From Octopus sinensis (taxonomy: Eukaryota), in the NCBI RefSeq assembly GCF_006345805.1, contig NC_043021.1, positions 22,506,001 to 22,570,000 of the forward strand: a stretch of 64,000 nucleotides of DNA. The letters run 5' to 3'. Numbering within the stretch: the first letter of the stretch is position 1; each line of letters opens with the position of its first letter. The position numbers were made by a program, and so were the translations under genes. The notes under the pieces were generated by a model. It did not search any database. It was not told where the DNA came from and saw nothing but the letters and a program-made list of their open reading frames with translations. Below are positions 38,185 to 50,220 of the stretch, one piece after another.

Positions 38185-38900
38185 TGTCTGTGTGGTAAGT
38201 AGTTTACTTACCAAATATATGGTACCGGGTTCAGTCTCACCGTGTGGCACCTTGTGCAAATGTCTTCTACTGTAACCTCGGGCCAATCAAAGACTTGAGT
38301 AGATATGGAAGATGAAAAGCGGAAGAAGTCCGTCGTATATATATATATATATATATAATATATATATATATAACGGGAGGCTTTATGAAAATAAACAAAA
38401 GACGAAGGCAGGTGGAATACAAACAAACAATTGTATTAGTATGGCGCTCAGGAATATAAATAAAACAAGTCTTTTACGTTTCGAGCCTACGCTCTTCAAC
38501 AGAAAGATACACAGAAAAGAAACACGGAAAGAAACAAGGAGAGACAAAAATGCGTGCAGAAGCTAGCGAATCAACATATATACACACACACATACATACT
38601 TTATTTAAAAGCAGCAGAATATAACAAAATCTGTTATTCGGAATTTCACGTTCCCCATTATATATATATATATTTATATATATATAGATATATATATATA
38701 GAGAAAGAGGGAGAAAGAGAGAGTGTGTCTTTGTGCCGCCATCATCGCTTGACAAACGATTTTGATGTGTTAACGTTCCCGTAACATAGCGGTTCGGCAA
38801 GCGACACCGATAGAATAAGTCCTGGCGTCGATTTGCTCGACTAAATGTGGTGCTCCAGCATGACCACAGGCAAATGACTAAAACAAACAAATGTATATGA
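38185..38900 (+). mobile_element. SINE family B split at its internal microsatellite by nested insertions
   Basis: 5' half at 38185-38340 (tgtgtggtaagtag...gtggcaccttgtgcaaatgtcttctac); 3' half at 38720-38900 (catcgcttgacaaacga...gtgctccagcatgaccacag). Confidence 0.85.
38365..38555 (-). mobile_element. Second copy of the 37130-37315 repeat, opposite orientation
   Basis: Reverse complement ctttctgttgaagagcgtaggctcgaaacgtaaaagac...cctgagcgccatactaatacaattgtttgtttg. Confidence 0.8.
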
Positions 38901-39199
38901 GAAGATACATGTATATATGTATATACACACACAAACGTAAAATGAAAACAAGGTGTGTTAGGAACGGAAGGCAATGAAGTTGACCACTTGACACCGGTAT
39001 TGCACATACGGAACCTTAGACAAATCAATTATATATTTTGTGTACAGAAACACGTTAAGATACATGTGTGCAAAGACTTGGAGAGAGTTGGTTGGGAGAG
39101 AATTCGATTAGTTCATTGTACACTTGGAAATTGATATATCATTAATGTTCGCTGTCCAGACAGCAAATCCGTTCGGTACAATGCTCTTAATTTGCATAC

Positions 39200-39206
39200 A
39201 GACATT

Positions 39207-39296
<90 letters not shown>

Positions 39297-39336
39297 TGTA
39301 TGTGTATGTGTGTGTATGTGTGTGTATGTGTGTGTA

Positions 39337-39367
<31 letters not shown>

Positions 39368-39790
39368 GTGTGTCTATGTGTGTGTGTGTATATATGTGTG
39401 TGTGTGTGTATATATGTGTGTGTCTATATGTGTATATATGTGTGTGTCTATATGTGTGTGTGTGTCTATATGTGTGTGAGTGTGTCTATATGTGTGTGTG
39501 TGTGAGTGTGTCTATATGTGTGTATGTGAGTGAGTGTACCTATATGTGTGTGTGAGTGTGTCTATATGTGTGTGTGTGAGTGTGTCTATATGTGTGTGTG
39601 TGAGTGTGTCTATATGTGTGTATGTGAGCGTGTATATATGTGTGTGTGTGTGAGCGTGTATATATATGTGTGTGTGTGAGCGTGTATATATATGTGTGTG
39701 TGTGTGTGTGTGCGTCTATATGTGTCTACGTGTGCGTATATATGTCCATATGTGTGTGAGCGTATGTATGAGTGTGTGCGTCATGTGTAT
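39200..39790. repeat. Long compound (TG)n/(TA)n microsatellite
   Basis: Direct inspection; source of the CV-repeat ORFs. Confidence 0.97.
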
Positions 39791-40061
39791 GTATATATTC
39801 AAAAATTAGCTAAGCGAAAATATATGAAATGTCGTTGTGATGTAAACAGTTAACGATTCCGACTTGTTGTATAACATATTTTCCAACATAATTCTAGTTG
39901 ATCTCCTTTGTACTCGGAAAAAAAGAATGCAAACTTTGAAGGTATTATTTGGAAATTGTAAGGAGAATGAAATATTTTCTAAATATTGAGAATAATTTGC
40001 CTGCTAATTAGCTTGGAAGTAACAAATAAACACTCTTATTTTGGTATCGGAGTCAAGAAAA

Positions 40062-40358
40062 TTTACAATCTTATAATGATATAATATAATATAATATAAT
40101 AAAATAAAATAAAATAATAGAATGTTAAATGTTCATTCTGATTGAACTAGTACCTTCATGCATTAAATTGCTTCACAATTTTTGAATGAACACAGTCAGA
40201 AATTGTGAAGCATGACTGTCACCACTACTTCATGAACCTGAAGATTGCAGAATTTAATGCATGAAAGTACTAGTTCAATCAGAATGAACATTTAACATTC
40301 TATTATTTTATTTTATTGTATTATATTATATTATCTTATATAATTATAAGATTGTAAA
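40062..40358. repeat. ~300-bp foldback: ~108-bp inverted arms plus an internal 12-bp hairpin
   Basis: Arms at 40062-40169 and 40251-40358 with one mismatch over the inner ~67 bp; inner gcttcacaattt (40170-40181) and aaattgtgaagc (40200-40211). Confidence 0.97.
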
Positions 40359-40396
40359 TAAAACTTGAAAATCAGACAAGGTTGGAATTCCTTTTA

Positions 40397-40437
<41 letters not shown>

Positions 40438-40689
40438 GAGGGTAAAATGAATTAATTATTAATCAATTTCACCAAGTATTCAGTATGTAAAGGGACCATT
40501 TAAGGCGAATTCAAATTATTACATTACATATATATATATATGATGAAAATTACATATATGTATACGCATCTGTCCGTCTGTCTCTCCCGATGTGTATATA
40601 TGTGATCAAAAACGATCGAAGTTTATACGAAGAGTCTATTGTATGTTTGCGAGTGATATTATTTATATAGATTATGTATCCTCTCACTG

Positions 40690-41480
40690 TATACCATCCT
40701 TTTTTTGCTTTTCTATGCAGCTGTAGACCCTCTCCACATACAGCAGCAATACCACATTATCAGCACCAGGTGCGCTTGGCAGTGTCGTCTAAATGTTTGG
40801 TGGACAAGTTAATTCTAAGCCCGGAAACGAAAGATTTGTCTTTCATATGCTGTCCTCGCCATACTAAGAAGGAGCTGTCGCCAGGGGAAATCTTTGTTAA
40901 TTACACCTAATATTTGGAGCAACACAATTCTGATGTCCATAATTGCCTGCAGCCCTTGTTTATGGAGAAAGTGTCTGGGCGTCTTTCTCTGATATTATTA
41001 ATGCTGTCGTTTTCAATTTTTCTTGGCATTTAAAAGAGGAAATATTTGAAGGCTTCTTTCGATTTCTCTGTTCATGTTGCCACTATTGGTCTTATTCCAC
41101 GGTGTGGAACCTTCATTGTAAATGTACTATGTTTAGTAAATGCAAGCATGTTTATATTTCTGCAGAAGGGGACGTGATATATGCAACTGGGAAGAGAACG
41201 GAACCTTGGTACACGCCACATTATAATGGTGTCCGGCACATGTAACAGCCTTGTAGCGCCAGCTGATCAAAAGCTAACAATGACAGATTAGATACGGATG
41301 GAACCTATTGACTGGGATTTGGCTTAGGAGATTGACACTCCAGACACAATCGATAAGTTTCTTTGATCTCCAAATGAATAAACATCGACATCTTTATATT
41401 CAAGGTTTAGGAAATTCTTTCATCTCTGAGCCTAATTTCCTTTACACCGTACCTAATTTTATAACAGTCAGAAGTCGCTT
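40690..41480 (-). mobile_element. Decayed CR1/L2-like LINE reverse transcriptase remnant
   Basis: CGVYQGSVLFPVAYI (GVPQGSVLGP motif) at about 41175-41220; downstream INMLAF and a frameshifted KYLGV-like segment; many stops. Confidence 0.6.
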
Positions 41481-42234
41481 CCTCCCCTGAAATGAAATCA
41501 TTACATATGAAAATAGGTCACCATTTTCACTAAGACCTCGAAAATGTGACAGGTTTATTATAATTCCCGACAATACTCGAATCATTTCGTATTAAATTGC
41601 ATTGAAAATCAGGGATAGATATTCCCCGAAGACTAATTGTACCATAAAATTATTTCTATAACGGCATTTGAAATTCATGATAATTCGTTGTAATGTTCGT
41701 TGCTCGAGAGAACGTGACATAAATAACACGCATACATATTCTGAGAGGAGGGAAAATAGATTAGATTCCTGTGGGTGGACATTTGACGATAAAAGCTGGG
41801 TTGGGTAATGCACACTTATTATCTAAAAGTTTAGTCATGTGATATAAATTCAGTAGAATTACTGGTAAAAATTTGTTCCTAAACCAAATTAGCGAAATAT
41901 AAATTATATTTACCATGCATTTAAAATAAACTTACAGCACAGGCTCATACTCATGAATGTATAAATATATAAAGAATACATTTTGATACCTATGCAATGG
42001 AAGTGTAAATGTTTGCATGAGCGATTGGGGGATTTTCCACAACGGATCAGGGGAATATCACATTATGTTAAAGCGATTACACGTGTTATATATTTACATG
42101 TATAAGTCAAAACGAGGTTGCCCCTGCATATAGAATCTTCCCAGCATGCTTCTGAAGCTGTGCACTCCTGACGTTGTAGGGTCCTGATTGCCACCGAATC
42201 GAACCCGTACCGGTGCTGCGTAAATATCACCTAG

Positions 42235-42379
42235 TACACTCTGTCAAGAGTTTTGGGTTTGGAAGAGTATCCAGGCGTAGAAACCATGCCAAAAGCTGCC
42301 TGGGTAGCTCTTGAGCTAGCTAGCTCCCCATAAAATAACAAACATATGCCAGCTGGGATAACGGACGTTAAATGATGAC

Positions 42380-42385
<6 letters not shown>
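42235..42385 (+). mobile_element. Retroposon 3' end (RTE-like tail)
   Basis: ggaagagtatccaggcgtagaaaccatgccaaa...cggacgttaaatgatgacgatg tail running into (TA)n; family recalled from memory. Confidence 0.55.
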
Positions 42386-42435
<50 letters not shown>

Positions 42436-42438
<3 letters not shown>

Positions 42439-43062
42439 TTTTTTTTTTCGAGAGTGGCAAATATTTTGATAGAAAAGACTATAGACTTCATGACGTTATT
42501 TCTACAGACTTGGACACGGATAAGCAACTTTATGCATACAGACATTAACTGAAAAATACAGGCTAATACATGTTTAGAGATAATTTGAGCGGAGAAGACA
42601 GATATAAATACATTTATATTCACGTAATAGTATCTCTAAGAAGAGGAACGTGTGCAACTATCAAAATGGATATAAGATTCAAAAATATAAATATACTATG
42701 TACATATGCTCTATAATTGCAATTAAGAAAAAGAGAAGAAAACAGAGCAATGCACACTGCGTCAGATATCTGGTAATTGGATTTCAATATGGATTCGTTT
42801 GTTCCAGAAAGTTCTCAATCCTGCACACAGATATGTTTCCATTCGGTTCAGTTGCTGATAATGATCAAATAATTACATTGACATAAAAGCATGCTAGTAA
42901 GGTGTCTAATTAACAAACCAATTTGTGTAAAGTGTGACATCTGATGATGGAACGACAGAGATCTAGGATAACGCTTTTATTTCATTTGAATGTGAGGGTG
43001 TAAGGGGCGTTATGTGTGTGTTTGTGTGTGTATATATATATATATATAATATATATATATAT

Positions 43063-43105
<43 letters not shown>

Positions 43106-43118
43106 ATATATATATATA

Positions 43119-43162
<44 letters not shown>

Positions 43163-43259
43163 ATATATATGTATTCATAAATATACATGTAAATACGTGT
43201 TTATTTATATGTGTGTGTATATATACCGCCATTAACATTCATAAGATAGTATATATATA

Positions 43260-43327
<68 letters not shown>

Positions 43328-43913
43328 TTTTTTTTTTCGAGAGTGGCAAATATTTTGATAGAAAAGACTATAGACTTCATGACGTTATTTCTACAGACTT
43401 GGACACGGATAAGCAACTTTATGCATACAGACATTAACTGAAAAATACAGGCTAATACATGTTTAGAGATAATTTGAGCGGAGAAGACAGATATAAATAC
43501 ATTTATATTCACGTAATAGTATCTCTAAGAAGAGGAACGTGTGCAACTATCAAAATGGATATAAGATTCAAAAATATAAATATACTATGTACATATGCTC
43601 TATAATTGCAATTAAGAAAAAGAGAAGAAAACAGAGCAATGCACACTGCGTCAGATATCTGGTAATTGGATTTCAATATGGATTCGTTTGTTCCAGAAAG
43701 TTCTCAATCCTGCACACAGATATGTTTCCATTCGGTTCAGTTGCTGATAATGATCAAATAATTACATTGACATAAAAGCATGCTAGTAAGGTGTCTAATT
43801 AACAAACCAATTTGTGTAAAGTGTGACATCTGATGATGGAACGACAGAGATCTAGGATAACGCTTTTATTTCATTTGAATGTGAGGGTGTAAGGGGCGTT
43901 ATGTGTGTGTTTG

Positions 43914-43954
<41 letters not shown>

Positions 43955-44121
43955 GTGTGTGTGTGTATATATATATGTATATAAATGTATATATATGTAT
44001 ATGTATGTATATGTATATATATGAATATATATATATATATATATGTATTCATAATATACATGTAAATACGTGTTTATTTATATGTGTGTGTATATATACC
44101 GCCATTAACATTCATAAGATA

Positions 44122-44123
<2 letters not shown>
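42436..44123. repeat. ~0.88-kb near-identical tandem duplication (42436-43250 and 43325-44123)
   Basis: agagtggcaa at 42451 and 43340 (period 889); unique parts appear to differ by one indel (gctaataac vs gctaatac); (AT)n tracts at all three boundaries. Confidence 0.97.
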
Positions 44124-44169
<46 letters not shown>

Positions 44170-44659
44170 ATACATAGATAAATACGAGGAAATACAGATA
44201 TGTACGAGTTTCTTTATTTATTGTGTGTGTGTGTATTCTAACTCAGACGTGCTGCACACTTTGTGAAGTATTAATTATGTACATTTTGATACTGTGAACT
44301 ATAAGATTACGAAGAGAAATTCAAATTAAAAGTGCAGCCATTAGAAAATGTATAATTAGACATAATATGAATATCGCCAGACGTCCATGTTTTGATGAAG
44401 CTGTGTTTAAATTGTGCGGAAATGACTGAAGTTGTTACGGAAATTTTTAGAATTGGGTGTATTCAATAAGCTGTTAAAAAGACAACATTCGCTTTAACTC
44501 CCTCGCTTTTTACCTACCTACATACATACATGCATTCCGACCCATACACATGAGCATGTGTGCCAGTGTAGCAACAGTATTACTGACTTGTGATACATCG
44601 CTAGTCACAGTTATTTTCCTCACATCATTGCAGTTTTTAAGTGAAGCCAACCCCTTTGG

Positions 44660-44815
44660 CTTGGCTGGAAGAGGAAGAGGCCACCTTGATGGAACGCCAG
44701 TTTGTCGTTGACTGAGATAGAGCAACGTGAAAGGAAGCGGCCAGCTTGGGACTACTCACCGGAGGTTTTGAAACCCAAGCTACGATCATCTGTATAGACA
44801 CCTCCATCCCAGTGT
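44660..44815 (-). mobile_element. Degenerate SINE family C
   Basis: Reverse complement gatgatcgtagcttgggtttcaaaacc...cctttcacgttgctctatctcagtc...aactggcgttcc. Confidence 0.55.
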
Positions 44816-44833
44816 GTGTTGCCATAAAACACG

Positions 44834-44895
<62 letters not shown>

Positions 44896-45224
44896 TATAT
44901 TGTGCATGGTCAATTTAGAATCAAATAATTAAGATTTAGAAAGACCTTAAAAGAAATATCCAAACTTTGTTACAGATTAAGACCCAGGTAATATGCTTGC
45001 AGAGCACGTTCCCCACTTATGGCTACCAGGTGTCACCGGCGATACTGTGCGTTCGTCGTTGGATCGTTGCGTAATTAGAAGCCTTAATGTCACCACAAAC
45101 ATTTCGGCTACTAGTGTTAATAAAGCTTCTGGTTATACTCCGTCTACTGTATCAATCATGTAAAGAGCATATATATACACACACACATATATATAGAGAG
45201 AGATATATAGATATATATAAATAA

Positions 45225-45435
45225 AGTTAATCCAAACAAGAAAACACAAAAAAACACATGAACGCGAGGACGTAGAACAAATATAGTATTATTGGACGCT
45301 CAGGAAAGAAGGGAAGAAGGAGGGTTTAACGTTTCGAGCGGAGCTCTTCGTCGGAGACATAGGATAAGGAAAGATCCAGAGAATGGAAGACACAGGAAAA
45401 AAATCGCCAACGGTACACACGAGGTCACATTTTGA

Positions 45436-45440
<5 letters not shown>
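45225..45440 (-). mobile_element. Short PLE-type repeat with minimal hammerhead-like motif, embedded in (TA)n
   Basis: Reverse complement gtctccgacgaagagctccgctcgaaacgttaaac at 45324-45358; TA-rich repeats on both flanks. Confidence 0.6.
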
Positions 45441-45470
<30 letters not shown>

Positions 45471-46140
45471 ATATGATGATGATGATGATGATGAAATAGT
45501 CTAACAGACGTGGCACTCAGCATTTGGTAAGAGTTGCATGTATTATTTAATAAATCGCATTCATCTTGATGCAACTTTATATCCTAGGCTTTCTGAGCAT
45601 GCGAAATTTGCAAGGAGCTGAATCAAACAGTTATATATGGATGTGAAGTCATGGTCGAGTGACAACAGGCCGTCCGCCCCGAACAACTCCCTCAAGTCCG
45701 AGCCGAATGGCGTGTGTGGTTTAAAAATGATCGAGTAAGCTCGATCGATGAAGATGCAGTGTGCCTTACGTAGGATGTAAATGGAATTTATATCAGGCGC
45801 TGTGTGTCATATTTCTTTTATTAAGAATGAAACTGTAATACGATATAGTATTGTTATCCGCCAATGATGGGAAGGAATGTCAGATATGAAAGGAGACAAG
45901 GATCAGAGGAGGCAGGAGAGAGCCGAGTAGTGACGTTGCATGAATGAATGAAGCATGCCAACGTGGAAAATTAATGACAAGGCCCAACATATTCTTACAG
46001 CATGTTTCTTTACACATTGAGGATGTCAAGTCGAACTTCCTAATCGCACGGTTATTACATACACACGAATACACACATTCCACACGGCCGCAAACAATTA
46101 TATATATGGTGATTATATTCATAAATGTGTACGTGCGAAA

Positions 46141-46178
<38 letters not shown>

Positions 46179-46187
<9 letters not shown>

Positions 46188-46420
46188 CGCACACCTTATT
46201 CATAAAAGTTTGAATTATGGATGTTTTTCAGCACACACACACATGCGCGTGCGCCAGCTTCTCATTCTTTCATTCATATATATATATATATATAATATAT
46301 ATATATATATATTATATATATATACACATACGCACACCTTATCATAAAAGTTTGAATTATGGATGTTTTTCAGCACACACACACATGCGCGTGCGCCAGC
46401 TTCTCATTCTTTCATTCATA
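46179..46420. repeat. 142-bp tandem duplication bounded by (AT)n
   Basis: cataaaagtttgaattatgg at 46201 and 46343; copies differ by one indel (ttattcat vs ttatcat). Confidence 0.95.
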
Positions 46421-49229
46421 TATATATATATATATACACGTATATAAGTTTACATATGCGTGTATATGTTTGTGTGTGTATGTATGTAGATATATATATA
46501 TAGATAAGCGTGTATATGCTTGTGTGAATATATATATACGTATATACATATATATATATACACGTATATAAGTATATATAGATATGCGTGTATATGTTTG
46601 TGTGTGTATGTACGTATGTATATATATATGTGTGTGTGTGTGTGTGCGCCTCACATTTCGTCAATCTATTCGTGTGTTAACGCATATGTGTGAGTAAGAT
46701 TGAAAAGCACAACACACTTTGGTTTGTGTATTAATACGGTAATCATATCTTTGCAATTTCAGTATAGATTTCCCAGTTTACTTTGAACTAATATAGCCTG
46801 GCCTGAAATTCGCTTTGAACTGGGCTCTATCATTATATTTGTCACTCAGCTATCGTACCGTCTCCGTTTGATGGAACACAACCCGAGAACTAAAATCTGT
46901 AAAAGGTTTCCTTGACATCTAGGTAGACTATAACATCATTTCCCTTTGTAGAACAAGAACATCATTGAACTTTGCAGCTACCTTAACGCAATAGCAGTAC
47001 TACTAGTATTGTTATCTTCCCAACCTCACTGTCTCGTGGTTTTTAGTCTAGTTTGATCGTATACACATAATCAAAATGATAAATATTTTAGGAGATATTT
47101 CTTAAGTAAAGTGTATACGAATAGGTTTAAGATATTTGGCTATTCCTCGTTAACGAGGAATTTTTAAACTTATGTTTGATCATCCAATTGCTGGCACGGC
47201 CGACATTTGTGTGGAATAATTCTCCAGACAGGCCACATTTGTTGCTCAGTGAAGACATTGGTTTGAGCCGTCTGGTCAATCGCCATTTACATATACACTG
47301 ACATATTCACGACATAAGTAGCATCAGACTGCCACACCTAAACCTTTACAATGAAGTCAGGTTTTGTAATCGACAACGTAGCTCTCGCATGCAATGTTAC
47401 AATCATCAGCTAAATTGAACAAAGAGTATTAACACCGACCCTAAATGCCATGAGCAACAATCAGGAAGAAGAACAACTTGGCATCACATTATTTAGTTGG
47501 GCATAGAACATGTTGTTTTTATTGCTAATATTTCGATGTAAATTACCCTATTCATATTTTACAAAATTATCGTGGTATTTTGTGTCAGATATTCTGTGTT
47601 CTAAGCTCATATTTGCTCACTGGCAAAATTTCCCTTTCGTCGATTTGCGTCAATTAGTGACAGATGAGACTTGAAAATATTTAAGGATTCACGATAAATT
47701 CTGGTTTCAAGAAGCAACGACGGTAAGTAAAGTATTTATTAGATCTTAAATAGGCGAAATCTCTCACCAAATCTGTAGTATCAATTTTGGAAAAAAAAAT
47801 TAAATCATATTGTTAAACACGGCAGTGAATGGAAAAAATGTTTCATGTTAAAGGAAATAGCACCGCATGTTAAATCCATAGGTTCAGATTCTCTTTATAC
47901 TTTTAACTATAAAAATGGAAGTTCTCCAACAAAGTTGTCCTTTCGAAAAGTCTTATCAATATGAGCTTTTCTTCAGAATTCCAGGTTATTTCCGTGCATG
48001 CTTTCACTCAACCTGTAAATTTGCCTTCTTTGTTTTCTGTTCCTCGTCGTGTGCCAGAAATCATTAGTAATTTCCAGATATAAGGTTCGATAAATGTATT
48101 ATTATCTTACAGTATGTACTGAGAAAAGTATTATAGACTAAAAGATAGAACGGGATTTCAGGTGAACGGAGCAACGATAAAAAAATTCATATAACAATAT
48201 GCAATTTGGTTCACTCAAATATCTACTCACGATTTTTTTCTAAATACACAAGAAAAAATATCTTTTATATATGTACAAAGAGGAAATACTGGGATATAAT
48301 TTCCTAGGTCAGCCCTACGACCACATACCTATCATCGGATTTTCTGAATTACGTATTCGGTATTCATATTTTTGGTAAATTTTCCGTATTAGCAAAATTT
48401 ACATTTACATTCCTTATAACATAATCGAACTGACAAAGAAAATGCAGTATCGCTATAATTGACTGAATTCTTGGAGGTTCCACGGCACTAATACAATGAA
48501 ATGAATGGAATCAGAAAATTAATAAAGTAAGTGCCATAATAATGTTTTTCTAAATTTATTTCTTTGGTGTCTGCGAACATTTGATATACATGTTCATAAA
48601 ATATTAGCCTTGAATATTTCATTATATCAACTCATTTAAAAGAAGAGATAAAAATAATGATATTAATAAATTTTAATTAAAATCTTGTATTGTGATGATG
48701 ACATTTGGTGGGCTGGCGAGTGAACGAATTACTTTGTTTTGTCTTCACTTGTTTTCTTCAATAAATCTTATTTGAAATTCGGTTGTCTTTTGCTTTACGA
48801 CTTTCGAAGAATAACGAAGTATACATCGCATACAAACACACAACCGCTCATATTCACACAAAGTATGTATCAAAGTGGTTGTCGTTCTGTCGACGTTTAA
48901 ATATACGCGACTGTAATTTGAAAAGCGCTGTAACTAATCTTTTTGAAATTAAAATGCCGTCGATCACCGGAAGATAAGAGCTGATTGATATGATAAATAA
49001 TTTAAGGAATCATTTTTATTATTTAGGTGTAATCGTGTGGTTAAACCTTTACTAGGTAGAACGTGTTTTTAGATTGATTTCTATGCGTGGAATTTCGGAC
49101 ATATATTTATTATATAATAGCTTCAGATGGAGGAAAAATGTTCGCATTTTCTATACATGCCAAATTCTACTGAAGTCGATTAGAGTAACCAACTCTCATA
49201 TTATATTAGGGCGTAATGATTTGCATGAC

Positions 49230-49560
49230 TACGTTTAGCGCCATCACAGTATCCCATACCATTATCTATTGCAATCATTCGGCCAAGTTCTCAGTCGGAT
49301 GTTCAGCACATTCATTCCTTACATTCGAGAAAGATATGCGGAAACAGCTTCTCATACACTTTGATAGGCCACAAAGAAATACAATTTTCTGACATCACAG
49401 ACGTTCTTGACATGAGCATCAAATCTTGTGCGATACATATAAGATAAAATCTATCAATTACTAACATGTTATTTTACCCGAACTAACATTTTTATCGAAA
49501 ATGTGTCGGACGCAATAAAACCATTTTAATGGGCATTTTGCTCCCTTGAGCAGGTGAAAA
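49230..49560 (-). mobile_element. Possible very old LINE RT remnant
   Basis: SGKITC**LIDFIL and RKLYFFVAYQSV weakly resemble GRSTxDxIFIL and LYxxFVDxxKAFD. Confidence 0.25.
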
Positions 49561-49924
49561 CTTTTGTTTCGGAAATATCATTCGCCAAAACCAGGTTGAT
49601 TATTATGCACCGTAAACGTCTGTCTGTTCTTTATTTTAAAATATTTTCTCGTACATGTAGTGAAGTTAATTCTCAAAAGTGTTTTAATCTCAACATTTCC
49701 GGTAAGAATTCTTCTATTAAAATTATTTCTCTATGCAAATTTATGCAATACAACTCCATTACTGTAATGAATTTTCTTAATAGAATCCTTTATTCTTTAT
49801 CAATTAGTAAGAGCATTTCGCTGCTATAAAGTTTAGGTATTAAACGATCTCTTTCTAAATAATAAAGATCACATTTTTCTGTATCAGATTATTCCTTTAA
49901 TCACCCCTTTTATTCAAGTCTCTG

Positions 49925-50072
49925 TATTATCCATCCATCCCTCAATCTATCTCACAATAAATCTATATGTCTATCCATCCATCTATCTATCTCTCCATCT
50001 ATATATCCATCTATCTATTTATCTATCCATTTATCTATCTATCCATTTATCTATCTATCTATCTATCCATTT

Positions 50073-50106
<34 letters not shown>

Positions 50107-50109
50107 CAT

Positions 50110-50166
<57 letters not shown>

Positions 50167-50220
50167 CATTTATCTATCTATCTATCTATCTAACAACAAA
50201 TCTATATATCTATCTATGAA
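49925..50220. repeat. (TCTA/TCCA)n tetranucleotide array (GATA/Bkm-type)
   Basis: Direct inspection. Confidence 0.95.

Noticed and set aside
42650-43775. Identical 78-aa ORFs at 42650 and 43539 as duplicated genes
   Set aside because: No recognisable motif or convincing splice structure; identity simply reflects the 889-bp duplication.
44632-44710. Exon-like stretch after a good acceptor (FLSEANPFGLAGRGRGHLDGTPVCR*)
   Set aside because: Runs into a stop, has no donor and overlaps the tail of a degenerate minus-strand SINE.
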